64,000 nucleotides of DNA from a virus (IMGVR_UViG_2663763407_000006:12440-76439), one strand, 5' to 3'; counted from the first letter of the stretch, positions 1-10,004 are shown. Made by a program: numbers and translations. The notes: generated by a model not told the origin, from the letters alone.

Positions 1-498
1 GCCGGTGGTCAGGTTGTGGGTGCATTCCACTTCGGGTGTATCCAGCAGGATTTTGACCGAGGCGGCACAGGTGATATGGGGGGCGGTAACATTCACCGAT
101 TCACTGGCATTGATAACCGCTGTTTTGACGCCATCAGCCAGCAACTCGCCGCTCTCAGGTTCATAGTGCAACGTGGCACCGTCAGGAAAGGCGATATACA
201 GGCCATCCGCCGAGGCCGACGGCGGCGGGAAGTCATCAGAGAAAATGCCCGGCAGCACAAAGGCGGTATCCAGCTCGCCGCCGAGGGACAATATCAACAC
301 CTGCTCCCCCTCAGACGGTGCCCACCATGATCGCGATTGACCGGCGCGCAGCGTCAGCCAGTTTAACCAGCCGGTGGTATTGTCCCCCGTCGCTACCCGG
401 CACAGGGCTTGGTCGAGATCGACCTCTGCCACCGTACCAATACGGATAAGGTTACGCAGCAGGCGCAGAATTTCAGTGATTTGAGTTTGTGTGTTCAT
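1..498 (-). CDS. V: Baseplate spike gpV (runs off left edge)
   Basis: Minus ORF from ATG 498: MNTQTQITEILRLLRNLIRIG...WLNWLTLRAG..WWAPSEGEQV, typical P2 gpV N-terminus. Confidence 0.9.
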   Translation of the reverse strand, partial: MNTQTQITEILRLLRNLIRIGTVAEVDLDQALCRVATGDNTTGWLNWLTLRAGQSRSWWAPSEGEQVLILSLGGELDTAFVLPGIFSDDFPPPSASADGLYIAFPDGATLHYEPESGELLADGVKTAVINASESVNVTAPHITCAASVKILLDTPEVECTHNLTTG

Positions 499-571
499 GC
501 AGAAAGGATGCCGCCCAACAAGTCAGGCGGCAATTTGTGCGGGTTTGTTCATCGACAGGACAACAGGAACG

Positions 572-1021
572 TTATTTTGACAGGCTTTCCATCACGGCAT
601 TTTCAACAATAGCGATATCTTGCTGACTGAAACCCAGCAACGGCCGCTCGTCATACTGCACATCTTTGCTGTGCACGTTCGGGCGATCACGCAGGCCAAA
701 ATGATGCACTGCCGCCATGCGTTCCACGCGTCCGGCAAACTCGACCACCGCCGCATCGGGGCTGCTGTTAGCTTTCATATAGCGCGCGGTGCGCAACTTG
801 GCGAACATTTCTCGCTTAATCCGGCCTTTGGGTTTACGCAATGGTTGAGATTTACGCGCCGCATACGGAGTGCCGTCTGGCGCTTGCTGGCGTTTAATCC
901 GTTGCTGTTGGCTGGCGCGCAGGCGTTTGGCAATAGTGACCGCCAGTGCCTTGCGCGCTTTGGGTGTCAGACTGGCAATCAGGCCGGTCAGTGCATCGTC
1001 AAAGGGTTTCAACTCATTCAT
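572..1021 (-). CDS. S: Tail completion protein gpS
   Basis: QQAPDGTPYAARK, AAVHHFG, RPLLG motifs; position. Confidence 0.9.
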   Translation of the reverse strand: MNELKPFDDALTGLIASLTPKARKALAVTIAKRLRASQQQRIKRQQAPDGTPYAARKSQPLRKPKGRIKREMFAKLRTARYMKANSSPDAAVVEFAGRVERMAAVHHFGLRDRPNVHSKDVQYDERPLLGFSQQDIAIVENAVMESLSK

Positions 1022-1473
1022 TGGATCACTTCGCCATTAAAGTAGATGGCTGTTGGTCGTGTTGGCGCGCCCGGCCAAGTCGGCTCCAGCGCATGGTTAA
1101 CATGCAATGCACCGTCTACCTCTTTCACAATAGCCCGCTCAGTCAGTTGCAAGTCGATACGGATATCACTCAGCACATCGCTAATGACATCAACCTTATG
1201 AATAAAGCCGCTGCGGCGCTTTTCTTCTGTCGCCATGATGTCCGGTTGATGCTCGCGCAGCCATGCCAGAATCGGCACAAAGAGGTAATCAACATCACTG
1301 GGGAAATCCTCAATAAACAGCGTCAGCGTATATTGATTTTCAAAAGACAGCGACGGGGCCAGCGTTGAGACAATTCGCCCGCCATCAACAAACATTTTCA
1401 GCCGCTCCGGGTTAGTCTGGAACAGTTGCAGACTGTCGGTTAAGGCTTGGCGTAACAGTTTTGGTTTTAACAT
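1018..1473 (-). CDS. R: Tail completion protein gpR
   Basis: MLKPKLLRQAL..NPERLKMFVDGG..LAWLREHQPD. Confidence 0.9.
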   Translation of the reverse strand: MLKPKLLRQALTDSLQLFQTNPERLKMFVDGGRIVSTLAPSLSFENQYTLTLFIEDFPSDVDYLFVPILAWLREHQPDIMATEEKRRSGFIHKVDVISDVLSDIRIDLQLTERAIVKEVDGALHVNHALEPTWPGAPTRPTAIYFNGEVIQ

Positions 1474-1726
1474 GGTGTTGTTCCTGACACTGTTTAACGG
1501 CTTCCACTTGCAGCCCGCAGGCCACCAGTGCGGTTTCTAACTGGCGGATATCGGCACTTAAATCACCGTTAGCCGCCGGTGTGCTGCCCGGCAGCGGGCA
1601 ACTGCTCACCGTCGGACAGCCAACGTAAATAATCGTTGGGGTTGGCGAACGCGGGGCGCTGGTGCAGCCGGATAACATCAGCAGGCAAAGCAGTAGCGAA
1701 CCAATCACGCAGGACTTTATTTTCAT
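1412..1726 (-). CDS. lysC: Outer-membrane spanin (LysC/Rz1-like lipoprotein)
   Basis: Lipobox LSGC after hydrophobic stretch, Pro/Cys-rich, overlaps lysB; start set at ATG 1726. Confidence 0.85.
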   Translation of the reverse strand: MKIKSCVIGSLLLCLLMLSGCTSAPRSPTPTIIYVGCPTVSSCPLPGSTPAANGDLSADIRQLETALVACGLQVEAVKQCQEQHHVKTKTVTPSLNRQSATVPD

Positions 1727-1985
1727 TGAGTAACCTTTGAATTCTCTGTTCACGGGATAATGACAAGGTGCTGGCATGGCTCAGTGATTGCCGTAATGCC
1801 CGCTCATTGTCTGCCTGTTGCCGGGCCTCATCTTGCAGGCGGGTGATCACGTTGTCCCGGCTCTCAATTCCGGCGGATAAGGTGCCAATAATCCGGTTGG
1901 CACTGTCGATATCGTGGCTCAGGCGGTTGGCATACCATCCCAGCGCAACCAGTAACGCGACTATCACCATCATGACTATGCGCAT
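1569..1985 (-). CDS. lysB: Inner-membrane spanin LysB
   Basis: N-terminal TM, coiled coil, LLNEN..W...LPADVIRL motif. Confidence 0.88.
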   Translation of the reverse strand: MRIVMMVIVALLVALGWYANRLSHDIDSANRIIGTLSAGIESRDNVITRLQDEARQQADNERALRQSLSHASTLSLSREQRIQRLLNENKVLRDWFATALPADVIRLHQRPAFANPNDYLRWLSDGEQLPAAGQHTGG

Positions 1986-1986
1986 A

Positions 1987-2493
1987 TCAGACCCCGCTCA
2001 GGCAGTGTGTTTGCTCGGTGGTGCGGCGACGCTCTAACCCTTTGGTTTTCACGCCATTGACATAGACCCAGCGCGGCAACTGATTGCAGGCGCTGCGCCA
2101 GTCGCCCTTGTTGACAAAAAAGGCCAGCGTCGAGCGGCAGGCCGCACCGGTGCCGACGTTAAAGGCAAACGACACTACCGCGTCATACACCGGTTGCGGC
2201 ATAACAAGCGGCATACACACCGCTATTGCCCGCTCAACCCGCTGCACGTCAGCCACCAGATTGACCGCCACCTGTCGCTCACTGATAACACTGCCCGGCT
2301 TCACCCCGGCGGTGTGACCGATGCCATTTGTCCAGACGTTGGCGCTGCATTGGTAGGCGTTGAGCTGGCAGCCCTCATAATCGGCAATCAGTTTTAGCCC
2401 GGTGGCCGATGTTTTTAAGGTTTGGTAGTTTGGCAAGGTGGCGGCCAGTGCCAGAATGACCCCGACCAGACAGCGCTTAACGATTGAGTTCAT
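1987..2493 (-). CDS. Endolysin (GH24 lysozyme)
   Basis: YEGC...AYQC...WTNGIGHT; GLERRR; FAFNVG. Confidence 0.92.
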   Translation of the reverse strand: MNSIVKRCLVGVILALAATLPNYQTLKTSATGLKLIADYEGCQLNAYQCSANVWTNGIGHTAGVKPGSVISERQVAVNLVADVQRVERAIAVCMPLVMPQPVYDAVVSFAFNVGTGAACRSTLAFFVNKGDWRSACNQLPRWVYVNGVKTKGLERRRTTEQTHCLSGV

Positions 2494-2686
2494 CGAACAC
2501 CTCCCGCCTGATAACCACTTCTTTCAGCAAGAAATAGCTCTTGCGCCGGTAGTACCAGTTGATAAGACAGGTGGCAGCAGCGGCCACCGCCGCGACATAA
2601 AACGCGATATCTTGCGGACTCAGTGCGCCAATAAACGCCAGTACCAGCGCCAAGACATAGGCCAGCGCAGAGCTGATTTTCTCCAT
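2477..2686 (-). CDS. Holin (HP1/186 type)
   Basis: Two hydrophobic segments, INWYYRRK basic tail, directly upstream of endolysin. Confidence 0.85.
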   Translation of the reverse strand: MEKISSALAYVLALVLAFIGALSPQDIAFYVAAVAAAATCLINWYYRRKSYFLLKEVVIRREVFDELNR

Positions 2687-2688
2687 TT

Positions 2689-2892
2689 TCAATCCCATAA
2701 TTGAACGGTTTCACGTTGGGCCGCCGGGGCCATGTCGGGCAACGCCACCGGATAACCGTGGGGCAGAATGGCCCCCAGTTCCGACAGCCCCGGATTCGCG
2801 TCATAGACTTGCTCCAGCACATCCTGTGTGCGGCCATAATGCCGCCAGCACAGTGCGTCGAGCGTGTCGCCTTGCAACGCGTTGACCTGCAT
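2689..2892 (-). CDS. X: Tail protein X (LysM-like)
   Basis: QGDTLDALCWRHYG..ANPGL..VQLWD. Confidence 0.93.
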   Translation of the reverse strand: MQVNALQGDTLDALCWRHYGRTQDVLEQVYDANPGLSELGAILPHGYPVALPDMAPAAQRETVQLWD

Positions 2893-3365
2893 CAGATAAG
2901 GCCAATAATGTTGTGAGGCTTACCGGCAATATTGCGAATGCTAATCCGCGCATCACGCCACAACTCATCAACCGTACTTTCAATGGCCTCCGCGCGTTTA
3001 TCACCGCGCGCGCTGGCGTCATAGCCGCGATAACGCTCGGCCAGCAGCGCGGCCGTAATGGCACAGACCGCACTTTGGTACTCGGCCAACAGGATGCTTT
3101 CGCCGTCCAGTTGCTCGGCCTGCACCTCGGCCAGTGTTTTAAAACCATCCGCCATCTGGTCACGGCGGTACTCGAACAGCTCGGCGTTGACCTCAGCAAT
3201 AGCGCTCTTGATGGTGAAGCGCAGGCGCTCGGCGGTGACGGTTCCTTCAAGACGCAACAGCTCGCGCAGTTTTATCGGGTCAACCGCAGGCCAGAAAAAG
3301 GTATTTTCAATCACCGGTTCGGCCGTTTTGTCTGGCCGTGGCGCGGGGATAACAACAGTGGTCAT
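2892..3365 (-). CDS. L: Head completion protein gpL
   Basis: FFWP..LRLEGTVTAERL..ERYRGYDA. Confidence 0.92.
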   Translation of the reverse strand: MTTVVIPAPRPDKTAEPVIENTFFWPAVDPIKLRELLRLEGTVTAERLRFTIKSAIAEVNAELFEYRRDQMADGFKTLAEVQAEQLDGESILLAEYQSAVCAITAALLAERYRGYDASARGDKRAEAIESTVDELWRDARISIRNIAGKPHNIIGLI

Positions 3366-3464
3366 GGCAACCTCAATATCAGAATGGGTGGGCGGTGGAC
3401 GACGGCGTTAACAAGGTAAACCCTGTTGCGGCCATCGTGCCGCCCGGCTCGGGGAGCGTTCGGG

Positions 3465-4124
3465 TTAGCGGCTGGCGGCGTTCTTTAACTTCACGGCCAG
3501 TCGCTCAATGTCTTTTTTGACGCCACAACCGGTATGCAGTTGGAGTGCACGGTGAAGATGGGACAGGGCCAACTCGCCCCGACCACTGTCACGCAGCACA
3601 TAGCCGGTGATTTTGTGCAGTTTGGCGCGCACTTGGTCGGGCATGTCTTCATCTTCCATCAGCTCAATGGTTTGCAGCAGAGGCTCAATATCAATCGGCT
3701 TACCGGTGGCATAGGCGCGCGCCGCAGCGTCCGCGACTTCCTCGGCAATCAGGTAGGCGGTAGAGCGGGTAAAGCGGTCAGTTGGCACTAACTGATAACG
3801 CAGGGCATAACGGGCGATATCCAGTGCGCCGGGAATATCCCCGGCATCCAGCCGCCAAATCATAATGGTCATGACAATGGCGTCCTGCGCGCCTTTCCCC
3901 TCACTCAACACGCCAGAGATCCACGGCATGTACTCCGGCAATAACTGCCGCTTCAGCTCGGCTTTGCGCTCGTTTGAACGTACTTGTTTCAGCTTGCGCT
4001 TATCTTCATTGAGCTTGAGCAACATCAACTCGTAGCCGGTGGCGTGGCGCAGCGGGTTATCCCGCAGTTGTGAGGCAGCAATAGCCGACTGTTGGATAAA
4101 GTGGCGACGCGCAGGACTGGTCAT
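3465..4124 (-). CDS. M: Terminase small subunit gpM
   Basis: MTSPARRH..WRLDAGD..GVKKDIERL. Confidence 0.92.
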   Translation of the reverse strand: MTSPARRHFIQQSAIAASQLRDNPLRHATGYELMLLKLNEDKRKLKQVRSNERKAELKRQLLPEYMPWISGVLSEGKGAQDAIVMTIMIWRLDAGDIPGALDIARYALRYQLVPTDRFTRSTAYLIAEEVADAAARAYATGKPIDIEPLLQTIELMEDEDMPDQVRAKLHKITGYVLRDSGRGELALSHLHRALQLHTGCGVKKDIERLAVKLKNAASR

Positions 4125-4127
4125 AAC

Positions 4128-5357
4128 TTATTTACTCCCTTTGGCGGCCGGTGCTTCTTCTGTGGTTTCCGGGGGAGTTTCAGTAGCGGTTTCCACTGTG
4201 GCATCCTCCGGGTTCGACGCCACTTTCACCGCTGCCATGATCGCCGCAGCCAGGCCGTCATAGTTCGGGGCTTCCGATACCATCAATGCGGCCGCAGCCG
4301 GGGACGAGGTGCTGTCTTTTTTCGCCGGTAAGATTTCGATGTTTTCCACCAGACAGCCACAGGTGTAATCTTCCACGACATAATCCTGTTTAATGGACTC
4401 GTAGTTTTCGATGCGGTCACGCTTGGCGTTCTCATCGATATGGCGGCGGTGCGAGTCTTCCAGCCAGTAAATAGACAGGTTATCGAGGCGGGTTATCATG
4501 AATGCGTTAGCCGGGAAGAAAGGCACACGGATAGCCGGTAAATTGCCGATACGTTTCTGGCTAATAATCAAGTCAGCGGCGAGGGTTTCGCTGTTTTCCT
4601 GCTCTTTGTTGACGATGGGGAAATATTTATCCTGCATCAACTGGCGGCCAGTGATAACCACCAGTTCAGGGTCTTCCTGATGCCATTCAGCAATCATGTT
4701 ATTGGTGGCATCCATCACCAGCGCATCCAGATTGACGTAATCACCGCCATGGCCCACACGGATTTTTTCTGACACAACCGCACCATCTTCACCGATGATG
4801 TTACTCATTACGCGGGTTGGCGCATTGGTGCGGTATTTTTGTAACCAGCCCGGCGCGATATCCTGCAACAGCGGGTTGAGTGCGCGGTTAGAGGTTTTGG
4901 CGCGGTGAGTGCCATTGAAGCCTGCCATGATGCGGTCAAGTGCCTGCCGCTTGATAATGGCGTCGCGCAAACGGGTCTGGAAGTCCTGATAGCGCGCCCA
5001 CAGGTCAAGGGTGTTATAGCGAATATGGAAATCGTAGTTCACCTGCTCACAGAAATACTTCTCACTGTCTAGTGAGGCAAACTCGGCAGTTTCGCGTTCG
5101 TCGCCACCGTCAGTATCGGTGGTGCTGGCAACCGAGCCATTGACACCAAGACCGACCTTTTCGGCGGTCAACTCCGATACCGGCACAATATTGATGCGGC
5201 TCAGAAATTCTGAGGACTCTTGCACGCGGGTCATGATGGTTTGCGTAACAGAGGGTTCGACGCTGAATTTTTTATTCAGGTCGCCTGTTTCTACCCCGTT
5301 CAGCTCGGCTTGACGGGTTAGATAGGCATTAAATTTAAAACGGGTTGCTGGGCGCAT
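4128..5357 (-). CDS. N: Major capsid protein gpN (C-terminally extended)
   Basis: FSVEPSVTQ, ALDRIMAGFNG, NPLLQD, LDNLSIYW motifs. Confidence 0.95.
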   Translation of the reverse strand: MRPATRFKFNAYLTRQAELNGVETGDLNKKFSVEPSVTQTIMTRVQESSEFLSRINIVPVSELTAEKVGLGVNGSVASTTDTDGGDERETAEFASLDSEKYFCEQVNYDFHIRYNTLDLWARYQDFQTRLRDAIIKRQALDRIMAGFNGTHRAKTSNRALNPLLQDIAPGWLQKYRTNAPTRVMSNIIGEDGAVVSEKIRVGHGGDYVNLDALVMDATNNMIAEWHQEDPELVVITGRQLMQDKYFPIVNKEQENSETLAADLIISQKRIGNLPAIRVPFFPANAFMITRLDNLSIYWLEDSHRRHIDENAKRDRIENYESIKQDYVVEDYTCGCLVENIEILPAKKDSTSSPAAAALMVSEAPNYDGLAAAIMAAVKVASNPEDATVETATETPPETTEEAPAAKGSK

Positions 5358-5431
5358 AATAATCCTGATTCAGTTAAATAATATGGGTGAAATAACCAGT
5401 GGGCCGCACAGCTGGCGGCCAGTGACCCCAA

Positions 5432-6286
5432 CTAGCAGTCGGTCAATACATCGTTTTGATTGTTACCGCCGGTGGATTCCGGGCGTTTGGTCTGGCTAAA
5501 GTTTTCAGTGATAGAAAGTTTGGTTTCGAGGGACGTAACCCCTTGTTTTCCCTTTTCGATGCTCTGTTTTAGCTCCACCACTTGGTCAGCAAATTGCTTC
5601 TCAATAGAGGTAAAACGGGCCTCAATGGTTTCTCCCTGTTCCTGCACATGCACTGCCACGGCATTCACTGCCTCATGCACATCATTAAAACGGGCGTCAT
5701 CAGTTGCATGTTTGCGACTGAATACTGACTTCACCATGCTGAGTAAGGTGGCACCCGGTTCGGCCACGTCTTCAAATTCCAGTTGCACTTCAACCGCCGC
5801 AGAGAAAAAGTTATCCGGGTGAGACTTACGGGCGGCCAGTGGGTTGTGTTTGGCTTTGGCGCTGAATTCCAGCATTTCAGTGCCGAGGCTGGCGGGGTCA
5901 TCAGTCACGGCCAGCCCGACCAGATAGGCTTTGCCGGTATTGGCAAAGTTCGGGCGGATCTCCATGGAGGTGTAGATTTTCTGGCGGTCTTTATTCATCA
6001 ACACCAGCTCGTCAGTGGGGCTGATTTGGGCGAACAGTGCGCGCTTGCCGTTCAGCGCTGAATCATCTTCAATGGTTTCCGCTTTCAGACCGATCACATC
6101 GCCATAGCGGCGGAAAGTGCTGTCCGGGGAGTAGCTTTTCAGATGTTCCAGATTGATGCGGCAACCGTAGACGCGCGGATCAAATGAATCTGCCATCTGG
6201 TTGATATCGTTGGCGTCAATCACTCGTCCGTCGCAAGTGTCACCCTCAACGCCGATACGAAAATACTTAGAAACTTTCTTAGCCAT
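5432..6286 (-). CDS. O: Capsid scaffold/protease gpO
   Basis: FRIGVEGDTCDGR, INLEH, GLAVTDDPASLGTE, C-terminal LTDC. Confidence 0.95.
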   Translation of the reverse strand: MAKKVSKYFRIGVEGDTCDGRVIDANDINQMADSFDPRVYGCRINLEHLKSYSPDSTFRRYGDVIGLKAETIEDDSALNGKRALFAQISPTDELVLMNKDRQKIYTSMEIRPNFANTGKAYLVGLAVTDDPASLGTEMLEFSAKAKHNPLAARKSHPDNFFSAAVEVQLEFEDVAEPGATLLSMVKSVFSRKHATDDARFNDVHEAVNAVAVHVQEQGETIEARFTSIEKQFADQVVELKQSIEKGKQGVTSLETKLSITENFSQTKRPESTGGNNQNDVLTDC

Positions 6287-6371
6287 GAGCGGCTCCATTC
6301 AGTGTGATTATGGTTATTCGGTTCGGGGCTTAGTTTCCTGATGGATGGCGATGGCAACAACGAAAGCCAGT

Positions 6372-6389
6372 TGTGACGGGGCTGGCACA
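6372..6389. promoter_or_regulatory. Ogr/Delta-family late activator site between divergent O and P
   Basis: TGT-GACGGGGCTGGC-ACA fits TGT-N12-ACA exactly. Confidence 0.75.
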
Positions 6390-6436
6390 ACAGCGAGGAC
6401 GCGCAGAGGGTCGGGCTGGTCGCGTAGCCTAATGGC

Positions 6437-8209
6437 ATGAATACAACACCGAGCACCATCATCAGCGACCCACGGCGACAGGCGGCTTTGCTTTACTGGC
6501 AGGGCTTCTCTGTGCGCCAAATCGCAGACCAGCTAGCCCTTAAATCGCCGACTGTGCAGAGCTGGAAGAAGCGCGACGGGTGGGACGCGATTGCGCCCAT
6601 TTCCCGCGTGGAAACCAGCATGGAAGCGCGGTTGATTCAGCTCATCATGAAAGACGCCAAAGAGGGGCGGGATTTTAAAGAGATTGACCTGTTAGGCCGC
6701 CAGATTGAACGGCTGGCGCGGGTGAACCGCTATAGCCAGACCGGCAGCGAAGCGGATTTAAATCCAAATGTGGCGAACCGCAACAAAGGGGAGCGCAAAA
6801 TCCCGGATAAAAACCTGTTCAGTGAATCCGCGATTGAAAAACTGGAATCTATTTTTCACGAAAATATCTTTGATTATCAGCGTAATTGGTTTGAGGCCGG
6901 GCTAGCCCACCGTATCCGCAATATCCTGAAGTCGCGTCAGATTGGCGCTACCTTCTTCTTTGCCCGCGAAGCGCTGTTAGATGCCATCACCACCGGGCGT
7001 AACCAGATATTTTTGTCCGCCAGTAAGGCACAGGCGCACGTGTTCAAAAGCTACATTATCGACTTTGCCCGCATGGTTGACGTTGACCTGAAAGGCGACC
7101 CGATGGTGTTACCGAACGGCGCGCGCCTGTTCTTCCTCGGCACTAACGTACGTACCGCGCAGAGCTACACCGGCAATCTCTATCTTGACGAATATTTCTG
7201 GATACCCAAGTTTCAGGAACTGCGCAAAGTCGCCAGCGGCATGTCATTACATAAAAAATGGCGTACCACCTATTTCTCCACGCCGTCGAGTCTGGCGCAC
7301 AGTGCCTATCCGTTCTGGTCTGGTGAGCTGTTCAATAAAGGCCGCCGCAATAAATCCGACCATATCCAACTGGATTTAAGCCATAGCCATTTGGCGCGTG
7401 GCGCGCTCTGTGATGATGGTCAGTGGCGGCAGATAGTGACGGTTGAAGATGCACTGGCGGGCGGCTGTAATCTGTTTGACCTTAACCAGCTCTCACTGGA
7501 ATACAGCCCGGCAGAATATCAAAACCTGTTGATGTGCGAATTTGTCGACGATCAAGCGTCAGTGTTCCCGTTCGCCGAGTTACAGGCTTGCATGGTGGAC
7601 AGTTTGGAAGAGTGGGAAGATTACAACCCGTATTCGTTGCGGCCGTTTGGGCATCGCCCGGTGTGGATTGGTTACGACCCGTCCGAGGCCAACGGCGGCG
7701 ACAGTGCCGGGTGCGCGGTGATCGCACCGCCGATGGTGCCGGGCGGCAAGTTCCGCGTACTAGAGCGCCACCAGTGGAAAGGGATGGATTTTGAAGCGCA
7801 GGCCAAACATATCGAAGAGTTGACGCAGAAATATTGTGTGGAATATATCGGTATTGATGCGACTACCGTCGGCCAAGGCGTTTTCCAGTTGGTGCGCCAG
7901 TTCTTCCCTGCCGCGCGGGAAATCAAATACACCCCTGAAATCAAAACCGCAATGGTGCTGAAAGCCAAGCACACCATCAATAACGGCCGTCTGGAATATG
8001 ACACCGGCCACACCGATATCACCCAGTCATTTATGGCAATCCGCAAGACTATGACCGCCAGCGGTAAGAGTTCCACTTATGTCGCCAGCCGCAGTGAAGA
8101 AGCCAGCCACGCCGATGTGGCGTGGGCGATTATGCACGCCCTGTTAAATGAACCCCTTACCGCGACATATGGCGGTCACAGCCCTAACTTCTTGGAGTTT
8201 TACGGATGA
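6437..8209 (+). CDS. P: Terminase large/ATPase subunit gpP
   Basis: N-terminal HTH, KSRQIGAT, YLDEY, STP, IGYDP nuclease motif, HAD. Confidence 0.96.
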   Translation: MNTTPSTIISDPRRQAALLYWQGFSVRQIADQLALKSPTVQSWKKRDGWDAIAPISRVETSMEARLIQLIMKDAKEGRDFKEIDLLGRQIERLARVNRYSQTGSEADLNPNVANRNKGERKIPDKNLFSESAIEKLESIFHENIFDYQRNWFEAGLAHRIRNILKSRQIGATFFFAREALLDAITTGRNQIFLSASKAQAHVFKSYIIDFARMVDVDLKGDPMVLPNGARLFFLGTNVRTAQSYTGNLYLDEYFWIPKFQELRKVASGMSLHKKWRTTYFSTPSSLAHSAYPFWSGELFNKGRRNKSDHIQLDLSHSHLARGALCDDGQWRQIVTVEDALAGGCNLFDLNQLSLEYSPAEYQNLLMCEFVDDQASVFPFAELQACMVDSLEEWEDYNPYSLRPFGHRPVWIGYDPSEANGGDSAGCAVIAPPMVPGGKFRVLERHQWKGMDFEAQAKHIEELTQKYCVEYIGIDATTVGQGVFQLVRQFFPAAREIKYTPEIKTAMVLKAKHTINNGRLEYDTGHTDITQSFMAIRKTMTASGKSSTYVASRSEEASHADVAWAIMHALLNEPLTATYGGHSPNFLEFYG

Positions 8210-8970
8210 AATCAATGATTTTTACTGCTGGTCAAGTTGACGGCCTGCGCGAACATTTCGAAAACTCGGCCTTTGACTATCAAAAGACGTGGTATCGGGT
8301 GGGGCAGACCGGCGTAGCCCGCAATCTCACCAAATCGCGGCAGATTGGGGCCGACTGGCTGGTCGCTTTTGAAGCGTTACTGGATGCCATCACCAGCGGC
8401 CGCAATCAGCATTTTTTAACCTGCACCAGACCAAGCGCCTTGAATACTCGCGCCTATATTGCCGAGTTTTGCCGGGTAGTTGGGGTAAACGTGCCCCCAT
8501 TCTCGCCGAGTAACATGCTACTAGGTAATGGCGCACTTATCGCCTTTCACGGTGAATACAGTCACGCCGCCGCTCATGCCGGGAATGTGTACCTGGGTGA
8601 ATATGCATGGGCTAAAAACCCACGTTCAATACTGCAAATGGCTAAGGGGATGGCAATGCACAAAAATCATCGTTTAACACTCTATACCACGCCCTCCCGC
8701 TCACATACCGCGTTCAAGATTTGGAATGGATCACTGCGCCGCCCACGAAAAACAGTACCGGTTATTCACACCGATAACGGCGTTTACTGTGCTGATGGCG
8801 TATTTCGTCAATCGGTTACGGCTGATGATGCCATTCAGCAAGGTTGTACATTATGGGAAAAGGATTGGCGTAAATATTGGCTGGAAAAACACATGACAGC
8901 GGATGATTTCAGGTTCTTATATTTGTGCGATTGGTCACAAGCGGCAAACAATGCAGAGGAAGTGAAATGA
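8206..8970 (+). CDS. Truncated gpP ATPase-domain paralog with altered Walker motifs
   Basis: FDYQ..KSRQIGAD..EALLDAITSGRNQ..GNVYLGEY..TTPS aligns with adjacent gpP. Confidence 0.88.
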   Translation: MKSMIFTAGQVDGLREHFENSAFDYQKTWYRVGQTGVARNLTKSRQIGADWLVAFEALLDAITSGRNQHFLTCTRPSALNTRAYIAEFCRVVGVNVPPFSPSNMLLGNGALIAFHGEYSHAAAHAGNVYLGEYAWAKNPRSILQMAKGMAMHKNHRLTLYTTPSRSHTAFKIWNGSLRRPRKTVPVIHTDNGVYCADGVFRQSVTADDAIQQGCTLWEKDWRKYWLEKHMTADDFRFLYLCDWSQAANNAEEVK

Positions 8971-10004
8971 GTAAGCGCAAAGGCCGCAAGGCATTAAGCC
9001 GCCCGGCAACCAATCACACCGCCAGCCAACAGCAGCCGGTTGAGGCGTTCACCTTTGGCGAACCCTCCGCCGTTCTCGACAAGCGGGAAATACTGGATTA
9101 CATCGAATGCACCGGCAACGGAAAATGGTATGACCCGCCGATTAGTTTTGACGGGCTGGCGCGCAGCTTCCGGGCGGCGGTGCATCACAGCTCGCCGCTG
9201 TATGTGAAGCGCAATATTCTGGCGAGTACCTTTATTCCACATTCGATGCTCAGTCAGCAATCATTTAGCCGCTATGCACTGGATTATCTGGTGTTTGGCA
9301 ATGCGTTTTTAGAGGTTCGCCGCAATCAACTTGGCGCGCCACTGCGACTCGACCCCAGCCCGGCCAAGTACACCCGCCGGGGGCTGGAAAAAAATTGCTA
9401 TTGGTTTGTGCAGAACTGGAAAAATGAACACCTGTTTGAAGCTGGTAGCATTTTCCACCTGATAGAACCCGATATCAATCAGGAACTTTATGGCCTGCCG
9501 GAATATCTCAGCGGCTTAAATTCGGCTTGGCTCAATGAAGCGGCCACACTGTTCCGCCGCAAGTATTACCAGAATGGCGCTCACGCGGGATACATCCTGT
9601 ATATGACCGATGCGGCGCAAAGTAGCAGCGATATTGAGGCGATGCGTAAAGCGATGCGCGACACCAAAGGGTTAGGCAATTTTCGCAACCTGTTTATGTA
9701 CGCGCCCAACGGTAAAAAAGACGGCATCCAGATTTTACCGTTGAGCGAAGTCGCCACCAAAGATGACTTTTTTAATATCAAGAACGCCACCCGCGACGAC
9801 CTGCTCAGTGTGCACCGGGTGCCACCGCAGATGATGGGGATTATTCCCAACAATACTGGCGGTTTCGGTGACGTGGCGAAAGCCTCACAAGTCTTTGTCC
9901 GCAATGAGTTAACGCCGTTGCAAGAACGATTGAAAGAGGTGAATGACTGGATAGGGCAAGAGGTGATCCGGTTCAAGCCTTATGAACTGATAAGCGAGGA
10001 TTGA
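8967..10004 (+). CDS. Q: Portal protein gpQ
   Basis: EAFTFGEP, HHSSPLYVKRN, YGLPEY, YYQNGAHAG; start ATG 8967. Confidence 0.95.
   Translation: MSKRKGRKALSRPATNHTASQQQPVEAFTFGEPSAVLDKREILDYIECTGNGKWYDPPISFDGLARSFRAAVHHSSPLYVKRNILASTFIPHSMLSQQSFSRYALDYLVFGNAFLEVRRNQLGAPLRLDPSPAKYTRRGLEKNCYWFVQNWKNEHLFEAGSIFHLIEPDINQELYGLPEYLSGLNSAWLNEAATLFRRKYYQNGAHAGYILYMTDAAQSSSDIEAMRKAMRDTKGLGNFRNLFMYAPNGKKDGIQILPLSEVATKDDFFNIKNATRDDLLSVHRVPPQMMGIIPNNTGGFGDVAKASQVFVRNELTPLQERLKEVNDWIGQEVIRFKPYELISED

Noticed and set aside
546-562. Ogr site at the V promoter
   Set aside because: TGT-N11-ACA spacing is one short of consensus; left uncalled
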